Assembly: GCF_009914755.1 (NCBI RefSeq)
Contig: NC_060928.1
Reading direction: 5' to 3' (one strand)
DNA: 64,000 bases
Source of the DNA: the human T2T-CHM13v2.0 reference genome, Homo sapiens
Each line of letters begins with the position of its first letter. Position 1 is the first letter of the stretch. The notes under the pieces are model-generated. The model saw only the letters and a list, made by a program, of their open reading frames with translations. It did not search any database and had not been told where the DNA came from. Below are positions 26,954 through 41,015 of the stretch, piece after piece. A program made the position numbers and the translations under genes.

Positions 26954-29041
26954 AAAGACCCCTATTCTATTCCTATGATACTTAACTAACTAATCTATAC
27001 CTCTCCTATCTGATGCTATTTCTAAGCTTGTGGCCATTCCCTTGCTTTAACTGAAGATTTGAACACCTGCCTCATGGTTTCACTCTCCATTCAAATTCTT
27101 TTATCATTCTGCGTAATTTTATTGTTGGTGTGTGTGATCTACCTGATTCTCTAAGTTCATGTAGTCATTGATCATTACTTCTATGTTACTTCAGACTTTT
27201 GTAACCACTTTTGTAACCAAATACTGAATCTTGCCTTCACCATAAAGGTTTCACTTTTGAAGAATTATCCTGAGCCATAATCTTTTCTTCCAAAAAATCC
27301 CGCTTCTTCCTTCTTCCCCATCAGTTATTCCACATACCTCTCCTACAATCAAACCAATGGCTCAAATCCGTTGGCCTCAGTTATTTATATTATCTACTAG
27401 CCTGTTACTTTTTGTCACTTTCTTCTCTTTATCACTTACAGTTTCTGCTCCATCATTCCAAATATCCTGTATCTATTTGCATAAAGGATATTTACAAATA
27501 TCCTGTATCTATTTGTTTTATTTTGTTGTTGTTGTTTCTCTGTAAATAACCCTGGAAATACTCCAAACATGAATCCCTCCAACTATCTCCTAGTCTTTGA
27601 TAAACTCTGAAAAATAAGCAGCTTTGTGAAGGCTTGGACTATTATAAATGTCTGGTACCTGTTTCCATTTGAGAAGTAAGGAGTTAACAGCAAGTCCACC
27701 ACTATCCTCCAAAGGAAAAAAGTGTCTTGGTCAAATCTCTTAAAAAATAATAATGACACATCTCCTGGAAAGTACATAACTGGTCTTTACTAATGAGACA
27801 GCCCTTATGCATGGAATGACTTCAGCAGGACGTATATCGTCTATCTAGGATTGCTAATGATAAAAACAAACTAACCTGGCAATCTTTGATTTTTGTCTGT
27901 AGATCTCCAGGAAATGTCAAATATGCCATGTAACGGATTACAAAATGGAAATATTTAATGACTGGGATATATCCCCTTTTTGTTAGTGATGACTGCAAAT
28001 AATACTATAAGATCTTGAAGAACAGCACTGGTGAGAGAAAGGTCTTGAAGAACAGAATTGGTGGTCTCAGACTTCATGTTTTCCCTGTATTTTGAGGTCA
28101 TGTATAATATTATTTTTAAAGAGCAAAACTGACAGTGTAAACCGTCAGCTTAATATGTCTATTACTCCTCATTACCATTAAAATGTCAGAGTCCAAACAT
28201 CTTAACTTGACTTTCAATATTTCTTATAATCCGTTCCTAGCTAATCTGCCTTTACTTATTTAGCCAATATGTACACTTAATCTTCCAGCCAAGCTGAACT
28301 GATTTTAGATGCCCCCTCAGATCATCTCTGAATTGTCATCACACTGATACATCATTCAAATATCAGCTGAGATGTTGCTCCTGGATGCCTTCCCTACCCC
28401 CAGTGTCTGAGTTTGAATTCTCTCTCTTACTTGACCTATGATACTTTTTGTCTTGTCTGTTAACCTGTCCTTTTTCTGAAATGGACTAGGTGTCCATGAA
28501 GACAAGGCTTGCATGTGTCTTACTCTTATGTCCCTAACACATAATAGGCACTCAATACATAGTTATTATATGACAGTTATCTGACCTATCCTTTTATGGT
28601 TCATTTGCATGCCTAACAGCACCAAGCACAGTATTTTGCGAAGGGAGGATATTCAATACAATTAGTAATAACAACAAATACAAAAGTAGCTAACATTTGT
28701 TGTTTACAATATGCTAGGAATTAGGTGAAGCACTTTATAAGCATTATCATGTAATCCTTATAACAATTCCATGAAAAAGATGTTATTATTATCTTTCTTC
28801 TACAGATGTAAAAACTTAGGCTTAGGGAGTCTAACTGGACTTTTTAGAACCACATCTGGCAAAAGACAGAGTTGGAATTAAAATATAGACTCTCTGACAA
28901 TATTGACTGTATTTATTCCACATTTGTTAAGTGTCTATAGATTCAATGAAAGAATAAATAAACAAGTGTGTATAACTGATGAGATCACTCTATCATTTCT
29001 TGGAATTGGATGAAGTTTTGAGAACACTTGACTCTGGTTAC

Positions 29042-29139
29042 CTTACAATCCTTTTCCCAAAATGAGGCAGGAAGAAGTTCAGGTGGCAAATGAGTCTTCA
29101 CAATTCTAGGAGAATTCATCTCATCTAATTGTTTTACTC
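29042..29139 (-). CDS. SULT1E1: SULT1E1 exon 4 (catalytic His, KTHL)
   Basis: aaatcag|GAGTAAAAC...TGTAAG|GTAACC. Encodes (G)VKQLDEMNSPRIVKTHLPPELLPASFWEKDCK; 98 nt. Confidence 0.97.
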
Positions 29140-29246
29140 CTGATTTTTAAAAAAGTAAAGGTTAAGCAACTTCAAAAATTGTAACTATTTATGTGGATTT
29201 ATATAGATATTTGTAAAATAGAAGTAATTCTAAGATTCTATATTGT

Positions 29247-29403
29247 AATTAGATTGTGTGTAACACAAAGTATAAATTCTTGAGGGAATGGACACCCCAT
29301 TTTCCATGGTGTAATTATTATGCATTGCATGCCTATATCAAAACATCTCATGTGCCCCATTAATATTTACATCTAATATATATTCACAAAAATTAAAAAT
29401 TAA
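29247..29403 (+). mobile_element. Short L1MA 3' end, intron 3
   Basis: L1MA 3'UTR text; TSD aagattctatattgt at 29232-29246 and 29404-29418. Confidence 0.85.
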
Positions 29404-30125
29404 AAGATTCTATATTGTGTTCATAATAATACTTACTATGAAAGAAAGAAATATAGATAGAGAAAATTACATAGAAAAATATAAAATGAAATAAAATTTC
29501 ATCACCTGAGAGATATCATTCATATTTTGGCAAGCAACCTTCTATACAAATCTACTTATATTCTCAAATTTACAGCCATCCCAATACCATGCACACAGAT
29601 GAACGTTTTGATAGCTTCTAACTATCTTTTTCTCTCAAAATATTATATTTAAACTGCAATTTCAAGAAACATCCAAAAATGTTAATGATTTTATAGTGTT
29701 ATTACACAACCTTTAACTATTCTTTTGTCGATTAGCATTTAGGTTGTTTCCAATTTTCCACAATATTAAAAGAATCTGTGGTAAATATACTTTTGCATAT
29801 ATCATTGAAAAATTTATGGGTATTTTTCTCCATATTTAAAATATCATCACATTTAGCCCACAGAGAAATAAATGTTTACATATTACTAAACTCTGCTGAA
29901 GGCATATAAGAATTGTCCTTATTCACTCTATTCCAGACATATGCTGTACACATACTATACTGCAAAGCCTGTCAAGATTTAAATTTAAATTTAAATTTAT
30001 ATGCTGTCTTATGTAGAAGACCTGATACTAATTGCCATTCTTGCTTATAATCTCATTGCTTGTACCATGTACATACACACCTTAGAATATATGCAAATAG
30101 TTTTTAAAATCAACTTGAACGTTAC

Positions 30126-30251
30126 CATTCATGAGGTTTTCTTTTCTGCATTCCAGGAAAGGTATTCGATTAAAAATTACATCTTCTTTGCACTTTTCCA
30201 CATCACCCTCTTTATAGATCATATACACAATTTCACTAACCCAGGTTGTAC
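30126..30251 (-). CDS. SULT1E1: SULT1E1 exon 3
   Basis: tttttacag|GTACAACCTGG...ATGAATG|GTAACG. Encodes (G)TTWVSEIVYMIYKEGDVEKCKEDVIFNRIPFLECRKENLMN; 126 nt. Confidence 0.97.
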
Positions 30252-31477
30252 CTGTAAAAATTAAATAAACCTGAGTCTCCTGCTGACCCTGTAGAGTTGA
30301 TGACATTAGTGCTGCATTTATGGATGGAAAAAGTTGGAAGGTACCAATGCAATACTATTTAAAGGGTGTCTGAATAGCCACAGACTCAGGAAATATTTTC
30401 TATAATATTTTATGTTTAGAACACAAAAATAACCTCAAGAGATAAAGATAAATATTATAGTAAAGCACACCTGAGACCTGTGTCCAAATTTGTTCATGAT
30501 GAATTGTGACATTGTGCAAGCTGCTAACAGTTTTGGACTTTAATTTTTACATCTAAAAAGTAAGAAGACTTGAATAAGCATGCTTCCAATCAAAAATTTT
30601 ACTGATGGTATATTATGTCTCATGTTGGGTCCTAGGTCAGAAAACTTAGCAAAGGATAAATCTGGTTCCTGTCCTTAGGGAGCTAAAGGCCTTTTGAAGT
30701 CAGTGACATTGTTCAATAGCTACAATAAATTTTGTTTTTATTGATACTATTGTATAATATGGCACAGGGATTTAAATAACTGCAAAGAAGAAATCTATAA
30801 CACAGTGTTCTGCTGCTACTGTTGTTGCTGCTGACATGACATTTTGACAAGAAATGCCTTTGAGAGGATGTGATCCTTCAGCTTAGCCTTAATAATTACT
30901 GGCATAAATTCACCACTTGTGGGAGGTAAGAAACAGTTCTACCAGGCAGAAGCCCAGTCTCTCTTTTTAATCTAAAGTTGGTACTTAAGAATGGTATAGT
31001 GGTTCGGAAAATAATTGGAAATAGACTATAAGACGTAAATCAAAGGGTCTATCTGAAGAGAGGAGTTGGGGCTCAGGCAAGCAGATAACAAGCCTTGTAG
31101 TTCACACTAAAGAGTCCAAGTTATTTTTATAAAAATCATGAAAAGGTACTGACATATATTATATTAAGCAGAAGAGCAAGATTATCAGGATTGTGTTTTA
31201 GAAGAATTTCTCTAGTGCCAGAATAAACACAGTAGCGGAGGAGGGATCAATAGAAAGGGAGACAAGAGACCTGTTAAGAGGCTGACTGTGAGACCTATCT
31301 ACCAGACTAAATGACCAAAACGTTTTGACTGATTACAAATGCCAGATGAATAAGCAAGAGAGATTGAATCTAGAATAGCTCACGGGTTTCCTCTTCAGAT
31401 GACTGGTATTGTGCTGCCATTTATTCCAATAGGGAAGAAAATAAAGAAGCAGATTTAGAGTCAAGATAACTAAGGGC

Positions 31478-31975
<498 letters not shown>

Positions 31976-32327
31976 TTAGAGTACCTGTAAAAATGGTGGT
32001 CATACGCTGTATATACGACAACATTAATGACATAAGGTAAACAGTTGGTAGTTTTAAATTTTCATTATGGGATGAATACAGGTTCATTAGTATATATTAT
32101 GTAAGTTTCTAACTGTGCTCAACAACATCCATTTCTCAATGTACTATTCAAGTTACAGGTAAAAATTGTGGTCATGGAATAGAGCTACCTTTTCTATGTC
32201 CATATCAAAACTACCGCATCTGTTCTTAATATAGAGAATGAGTGTGTACGACATGAACACCTTAATATTTACCATTTACAGTGTGTTTGTTATTTTTAGG
32301 TGAAAAAAGAACAACAAAGAGATTTAC

Positions 32328-32472
32328 CAGATTTAGGGTAGGTGGCAATGACAAGATCATCTGGTCTTGCCTGGAACGCTTCCACATTATCCCAATATTT
32401 GACAAAATCTTTATACATTAGAATCCCATGGACTTCTTCAAACTTTTCATAATAGTCAAGTTCAGAATTCAT
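32328..32472 (-). CDS. SULT1E1: SULT1E1 exon 2 coding part (M1-S48, start of 5'-PSB loop)
   Basis: Acceptor ttttttttcag with exon starting at 32481, 9-nt UTR, ATG at 32472. Encodes MNSELDYYEKFEEVHGILMYKDFVKYWDNVEAFQARPDDLVIATYPKS-G; donor GTAAAT. Confidence 0.97.
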
Positions 32473-34876
32473 TGTGGTACACTGAAAAAAAACCTCTGCT
32501 TTATACTTTGTATGTACTTAACAATATTTCACCATTAACAACTATGTATATAAGGGGACCCTCCTACATACCTAGCACTTCTTAGTTGTTGCACATATGG
32601 GGCAAAAACATAGTAAAGTTGCATATCAAATAGTTTTGGTACATAGAGAGTTTTTAACCTTATTAGAAAGATGTCTAACACATAAAAGAATAGGAAAGCA
32701 CAAGTGATTATGAAGTAAAATGCTTAAAACTAAATAAAAATGTGGATATATTCAATTATATTTATTCCGTGATAAATAAAAACCACAGAACCTTCAATTT
32801 CTTTCAAAATTGCTGGGGCATATAAAAAGACAAAGAGGTCCAGAATTACAGTTATTTTAGCAAATTATCCAATTATGTATATGTCAAATAACAATAAAGA
32901 TCATTACATTTGATTATTATTGCCGGGTATCTAAGTCAGAGATTTTTGATTTCCTGAATATGTATCATTTTTTTAAATAAACCAAATGCTTGGTGAATGT
33001 ATTTAAAAGAAAAGATGAAATTAATTACACTGTAATGGTTATATCAAAGAAATGGAATCTTGAGAGTATAAAGGATTCCTCTGTGACCTTTAAAATTACT
33101 TTTTTCCCCATTCGATCAATAAGGTAGTGGATACTCCCATTGAATGACTTGGCTAAAAATGATAAGGTTAAGCAAGATGGTTATCATTTCCTAATTCATC
33201 TCCTGATCCCATGACAATCTATTTCATGTTCAAGGTTACTAACAGAATTTTTAATTAGGCATACTTTCTTTCATTAGCTTTCAAATTCCTTTAGTATCTT
33301 GTTTTTTCAACTGCCAAACTTAGCTTATTTCAAGTTTCTGACATAGCTTCCCAACACATTTTGTCTTTCCTGACATTAGTCTTTCTAGATCTTCCTCCTG
33401 TTCACATTTGCCCAAAAACCTGCCTGATAAGTTCTTCTACACACATAAATTGCCCCAGCCCTTAGGACAATCTCAACTTTTAAAAAACCTTCCTCTACAT
33501 CATATCAGATGTAATGTCACCAAAAATATGAGATTTCTATTTCCAAAATGCATATTAGCCTTATCAATAAATCACTTGTTCCCCAAGCCTTCTCCTTAGT
33601 CTCAGAAAATAGATCTTTCACTAGAAGAAATGTGTATAAAATGCACCACGATTTGTCCTGCCTATTGGTTTGCTTACTCATGTGAATTACTTTCTTGGTG
33701 TTCAGCCAAGTTTATAAGAATTGGCTTATAGTCAGCTGGGAGTGGTAGATTTATCATTAAGTGGTTGGCTGACTTCCAGCTACTCCTTCATAGTCAATTT
33801 TGGTCTGAGAGGCAAAGTAGGTGGCATGTAATAAAATATCTTTTCTCATTCTATTCCTTTTGGTAAATTGTCTCATATTACAATGTATGGATTTACTTCC
33901 TATGTGATCCCCATTTTCTCAAAAGATCTATTTCAGTTAGAAATTGTCAATTTTTTATTCTGAGTATGTAGGTCAGTTGTTCAGAAATAAACATCAAAAA
34001 AGTTGTTAAAATTGTGACTTATAAATTCAATTAAACTCAGAAAGTGTTTTTCCTTCCCGCTCTCCTTCCTCTCTTTCTTCCTTTCTTTCTGCATACTCCC
34101 CTCCTTCATCTTCCAACCTGCCTTTTATCCAGCAAATACTCCCTATGTGAATGCCTACCCTTTTCCTAGGCCCTGTAGTCAGTGCTAGAATACTATGGTG
34201 GATATAGATACATAGGGTTCTTATAGTCCCTACTTTCTTAGATTTACCTGTATGAGGGCAAAGTGACTTTTGTACATGTTTCTATCCCAATCTCCAGCAC
34301 TATGACACAAAGTAGATGTTCAGAAATATTTGTTAAGTTCAATTATTAGATCAAGAAGCTCTCTAGTTTCTACTAAGTAAGGATTCACAGATTTAAAAGG
34401 CAATATATGTCAATGACCTACATATTAATTATTTACCAAGGACTTTGGATTTCTGTCATATTTATCTGAAGTTTCTTACATGAAAGTAATGCCCCTATTT
34501 GCAAGACCCCTTATCACAGGAACACAAAACTAAAAGTCAATCTCTATTCTACCTCCTTCTACCCTCCTTGCTTTATTTTCTCATTGGTAAAATGGAGAAC
34601 ACGTCCAGCATTCAGCACTTTTAAGATAGCAATGGTACTGTAATTTTACATTAAAGCAATAAGCAACAAAATACTACATAAATGTAAAATATTATTTTTA
34701 ACAACAAATTATTTTAAAAGGTTTTAAATGCTTCACATCATTAATTAACTAAAGTATCAATCAAGACTTTGGTCTTTGTATATTTTATTTTTAAGAGCTT
34801 TGTAATACATAATTTTCATTCTATATTTTATATATCTAAAATCTAAGTATTGATATTAATAATAAAAAAGTACAAC

Positions 34877-34973
34877 CTGTTTAGTTGATCCTGTGAAAGA
34901 AATTGATCTAGTTTATATCTCTTCAAATACCAAGGCAGATCTTAAGCTGCAAAAAAAGATGAGAACCACTTCT
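34877..34973 (-). other. SULT1E1: SULT1E1 exon 1 (5'UTR, non-coding)
   Basis: Minus strand reads AGAAGTGGTTCTC...CAACTAAACAG|GTTGTA (donor), about 25-30 nt downstream of TATAAA. Matches my recollection of the mRNA 5' end; TSS approximate. Confidence 0.85.
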
Positions 34974-34996
34974 GCATTTGGAATGTTTCTGGTGAG

Positions 34997-35002
34997 TTTA
35001 TA
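34997..35002 (-). promoter_or_regulatory. TATA box of SULT1E1 promoter
   Basis: Plus tttata = minus TATAAA, at about -29 to -24 from the inferred TSS. Confidence 0.75.
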
Positions 35003-35899
35003 TCCTGAATGCCAGAGAAGGAGGTGGAGATTAATTTGGGGGCTTGGCTTCATGAAGTCCATGATGCAATAGTTAATGTAGATGTAAATGCATACCTGCA
35101 GCTGCAGTAACCACACAGAGTCATGTTCATTCATGGAGATGTAGAAATATCCTGCTGTTATTTTTTTAATTATTTGGCTCATATTCAAATTCCCAAGTCT
35201 GCCGTCAGGGGTTGGGGAAGAAGGAGGGAGAAAAGGAAAAGATGAGAAAGAAGAGGCCTGGGAAGAGAGACTGGGAAGGGAGAATCCCTTATTCACTCAT
35301 TGACAAATAATAGCATGACTATGGTTAACTTTCAAAAGAATAAACTTATTGGAGTGAAGAAAGAGAAGCCAATGAGGAAAGAAATAAGACAGCAAGGACC
35401 CTCAATCAGACCTAGCTCAGTTTATTAAGACCTGCCAAAGAAGTCATTGGGTTGTATCTTAACATGTCAATTGGAAAACACCTATTTAAACTCTTTGCCT
35501 TTAACTCTCAAGCAGACCTGAAAATTTTAAAAAGCAGATGACAGCTAAAGAAAGAATGTAAACATCACTCACCTTTCGATTATTATTTTAGAAACCTGAC
35601 TTCTCTCTGCTCCCAACCACAAAATAGCATACTGTGAATTTTTCAGGTAATGATAGCTACCAACACTTGGAATTTACACAAGAGAATTAGAAAAATAAAT
35701 GGCCAAGGGTTTGTGGAATCCACAAATGCATTACCTTTCTTTTCATTTTTCTGCACCTACTCTGTCACTTAAGAAAATTATCCTTTGCTCCACCCCATCA
35801 ACACCTCCAACCCTGTTATTTCTTATTTCTCTATTAATTACTGTTAGATTACATTTCCTTTGAGAGGCTCACTCTTACAAGACTCTATGTTTCTCTTAG

Positions 35900-35919
35900 T
35901 GACTTTTAAACTTTGAACT
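35900..35919 (-). promoter_or_regulatory. Tandem DR1 nuclear-receptor element (HNF4A-type), about -930
   Basis: Minus strand AGTTCA-A-AGTTTA-A-AAGTCA: three half-sites, each spaced by 1 nt. Confidence 0.6.
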
Positions 35920-37178
35920 TTCTCCTAACTAGTATTTATTTTACTGTGTTGTAAATCAATGTTTGCTTGTCCAGAGTACTTTTTAAATTATAAATAGCTT
36001 GAAAACAGGGTCTTACTCTGTAATTAGCATTTTTTTCTGGCATCTAGTAGGCTAGGCATTGAATATGTATTTACTGAATAAAAGTGGCTGATTTATTCAA
36101 GAAATATAAGAAGTTAAGGGGGCTATAGTTGTTATAGAAAGCAATATCTAGCCTTATGCAAAATAAGAGGTGTTAAGTGGTTTCTGAAAAATGGGGCTTT
36201 TCATAATAGAAAATTAAGGTAGAAAAGGAGTAACCAGGGACCCAAATTTAGATTTTCATTTTACTTTGTTTTATGCAGTCTGTCATATTATTTGAGTTAA
36301 ATAAAATATGTGTTGAAAAACAATCATTAAATGTACAAATTTACTCATTCATATGCCTACTATGTACCTTTAAAAATTAAGTATATATATACAAATTTAA
36401 TACAGAATATAATTTTTAACCTTGCAGCATAGCTTCACTTTATTTTTTTAATGACAAGAATCTATGAAGTTTCCTTTATTGTTTAGCGAAAACATTTTTT
36501 AGTCCAAAAAAATCAGAAAATGAGCACAAGCTAATATAAACAGATTTAACCTCAATACATCTGTCTGTTTTTCACTTGTAAACAATTGGTTGCAGGGATG
36601 TCACAAATGCTCCTAACTCATGTAATTCTGGCAACCACAGATGTTCAATACACATTTATTCTTAGAAAATCTTTCTAATGTTAAGAATTCACTTACTGAT
36701 AAAAACAAAACAACAGGCAAGATGGCCCTGAAACCTCATTCTTCTCCATGAGTAATGGGTACAGACTGAGTTACAAAATGTTTGAGTCAATGTCAAAAAA
36801 AAAAATGGATCTCAGATAAGGACCGGTTTTTAATGTTTATCTTGACCCTCAGAATTTGGGCAGATATCTTGAAAATATGTACATTTATTAAGTATTATAA
36901 TAATGTCAAACAAAAAGAATGTGGGCAGATATGCAGACAGACATACTGCTGTTATACTCTGAAACACTGAAAACAAGTGTAAAGCTGGCACTTCTGTGTG
37001 ACAGAGTTCCCAAAACAATTACTGTGGCTTTTTTGTGACTATTGGGCTTTTTCTGTAGCACACACTTTCTCTGGATCAAGATTAAAAGTCCTATAGAGTC
37101 TTTTTTATAAATAGCAAGATTTTAATATTAATAATGTGAAAATAAGTTGCATGTTTAACTGAGCCTTTGTCAAAGTTA

Positions 37179-38040
<862 letters not shown>

Positions 38041-39120
38041 CTGACTGTTAGGCTGTGATTAACATTTGCTATAGCTCTAGTGTCACCGGCTTTCCATTCC
38101 TTTAATTTTCTTGTATTTGTCTCTTCAGTTGTCTTCCAGTTTCCCTAGAAATTCATTCTTAAATAAAGTCTAATCTTTGTAGTTCTTTTAGTTGTAAACC
38201 ACTATTATTGTATAGGACCCTTATTGATATACCAGAAAGGTATTGGGGGTGGAGGTTCTAAAATCCCATTATCAGGTCTCAGCCTTTCATGGGTCCGTGA
38301 CCCTCACAAGTGCTTCTCAGCCAGCCACCAAGCCTTTACGTCAAACAAGAAGTCTAGATTGGCCTTTATTTGGGTGCTTCCCTTCTCCCAGGTGTCAGAA
38401 AAGCCCTCTGGTAATGTTGTGCGTGTGTGTGTGTGCACATGCACGCCCAGGTTTTTGCTGTGAAGAACAGGCTTATTTCAAAAGGGTTATTTTGCCTCTC
38501 CTTTTCCCTGAAGCACAAGAGGATATTTCTCTGTTCTTCACTGTGATTACCTGATGAGGGTCCTGGAAGTAAAGCTCACAAAAAATGTGGGGCGTCTCTA
38601 AGGCTGGACTCCCAAGAGTTTTTAACTCTCAAGTGAATCCCCACCTAGCCTGTAGTATTTATTTCATCAATTACTATTTAATTGTTTCTACCAATTACTG
38701 GCTCCAGCAGCTTCTGGTCTCTGTTTGTTCTCATTCTATGTATTTCACTGTGTCTGCAGTTTTAGGGGCTGTAGTTCACACTGTGACCTCAATTCTCTGA
38801 TGGATCTAAGAAGATTCATTGATTCTCATTTTGTTCAGCTTTCTTCTTGTTGTAAGGATAAGAGTGACAACTCACATTCTCTTTATATGGCAGACATGAA
38901 ACTGCAAGTCTCACTGTACATTAACTTGTCTTTGTGGCTTCAGTTTTTAATATTCCATGAGCCTAAAAATTGACTACACAGTCTTCTGTCTCTCATGGAG
39001 TTCCATGAAAGTCTTGTTAGAAAAGAAAGACATAATTAACTTTTTAGTAGTATTTATTTAAGCACATAGATATTAGGAAATTTCAGATATTTTAAATGTC
39101 AAGTTTTTAAAAAATTCAAA

Positions 39121-39387
<267 letters not shown>

Positions 39388-39932
39388 TCAAAACTTATCA
39401 TCTTTGTTTAATTGTAGTAAAAAAAAGTTCAGATTTTGTCAACTACAAATTTAGTAGTCTGTTTATTGTCACTCCTATCAGATATATTTCTGTCATCCAA
39501 TTGTTAGAGTTGGTTTTAAAACTCAAAACCATACTCACTGACATATAAACTTTACTGTTAACACCAAATTAGCCTCATCTAATCATTTTGACATACTGGT
39601 ATATTTTAAAATAATCAACTAATGTAAAATAGATTAGAATTCATATTACTTTACTACATAGGTAATCACATAATTACTGCAGAAGCATACTTCTATACTT
39701 TGTAAAATGCCATTGCTAGTTTTGCAAATACTTTTGAAAATCCTCATAGTATGGTTCTATATTTGTGTGGACTTACATACTTTGTGGATTTTTCCCTTGA
39801 ATTTAAGCTTTTATCAGCTGGTCAGAAGATTGGGAAATCTTATTTTTCTCTTATTGTTTTGATTACCTTTCTTTTTGTGATGGTTTATTTTATGTAACTT
39901 AATTGGATTAAGGGATGCCCAGGTAGCTCATA

Positions 39933-40168
39933 CAGGTTGAGTGTCCCAAATCCCCAAATCCAAAATCCAAAATGCTCTAAAATCCAAAACTTTTTGAGCG
40001 CCGACGTGACACTAAAAGGGAATGTTCACTGCAGTATTTCAGATATTAGAGTTTTGAATTTGGGATGCTCAACTAGTATGTATAATGAAAATATTCCAAA
40101 ATTTAGAAAAATCTGATATCTAAAACACTTCTGATCTCAAGCATTTTGGATAAGGGACACTCAACCTG
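39933..40168. mobile_element. Tigger4/MER46 non-autonomous DNA transposon
   Basis: Perfect 15-bp TIR caggttgagtgtccc / gggacactcaacctg with TA on both flanks. Confidence 0.9.
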
Positions 40169-40627
40169 TAAAATATTATTTCTGGGCATGTCTGTGAGAG
40201 TGTTTCTGGAAGAGATTAGCATTTAAATTAATAAACTGATTAAAGAAAATCTGCACTCACCAGTGTAGGTGGGTATCATCCAATCCACTGAGGGCTAGAA
40301 TAGAACAAAAAGGTAGATGAAGGGGCATTTCTCTCTCTCTTTCTTCTTTCACATCCATCTTCTCTTGCCCTTGGACATAGGAGTTCCTGGTTCTCAGGTC
40401 TTCAAACTCCAGGACTTATACCAGCAACCATCCTCCTACGTCCCCCTGGTTCTCAGATCTTCAAACTTAAACTGAATAACATCACCAACCTTCCTGGTTA
40501 TCTCACTTCCAGACAGCAGAAGTGGGACATCTTAGCCTCCATAATCACATGAGCCAAATCATCCCATATTAAATCTCCTCTTTTATATATCTATATATCC
40601 TATTCATTCTGTTTCTCTTAAGAACCA

Positions 40628-40999
40628 TGATATAATTTGTATATTTGTTCCCTCCAAATCTCATGGTGAAATTTGATCCCCAGCGATAGAGGTGGGGCCT
40701 GGTGAGAGGTGTTTGAGACATAGAGGCAGATCCTTCACGAAAGGATTGGTTCTGTCCTTACAGAAATAAATGACTTATTGCTCTATTAGTTCCCACAAGA
40801 TCTAATAATAATAACTTTTTTAAAAAACTGAAAAAACTAAAAACTAAACCTCCCTACCCTCTCTCTTTACTCCTTTCTTGCTGTGTGATGCCTGTTTCCA
40901 TTTCTCGCTCACCATAACCACGGGCCAAATAATCCTCTTTTCTTTATAAATAACCCAGCTTCAGGAAGTCCTTTATAGTAACACAAATTGACTGAGACA
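40628..40999 (+). mobile_element. MST-type MaLR solo LTR nested in MLT2
   Basis: tgatataatttg...ccctccaaatctcatg...ctttataaataacccagc...gactgagaca. Confidence 0.8.
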
Positions 41000-41015
41000 A
41001 ACTTTGACTAATACA

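Larger units (their letters stand above)
39876..41015 (+). mobile_element. MLT2B/D-type 5' LTR of ERVL, interrupted twice
   Basis: tgtgatggtttattttatg...agggatgcccaggtagct; resumes at 40171 (ttatttctgggcatgtctgtgagagtgtttctggaagag); ends gactaataca. Confidence 0.8.

Noticed and set aside
27195-28062. Short tandem duplications (acttttgtaacc x2; tcttgaagaacag x2), plus the (TTTAAA)n run at about 29977 and the AT hairpin at 20974-20997
   Set aside because: Ordinary slippage products in AT-rich intron with no functional context.
34913-35296. 127-aa minus-strand ORF across the promoter
   Set aside because: Starts upstream of the TATA box, is low complexity from a purine/pyrimidine tract, and has no recognisable domain.
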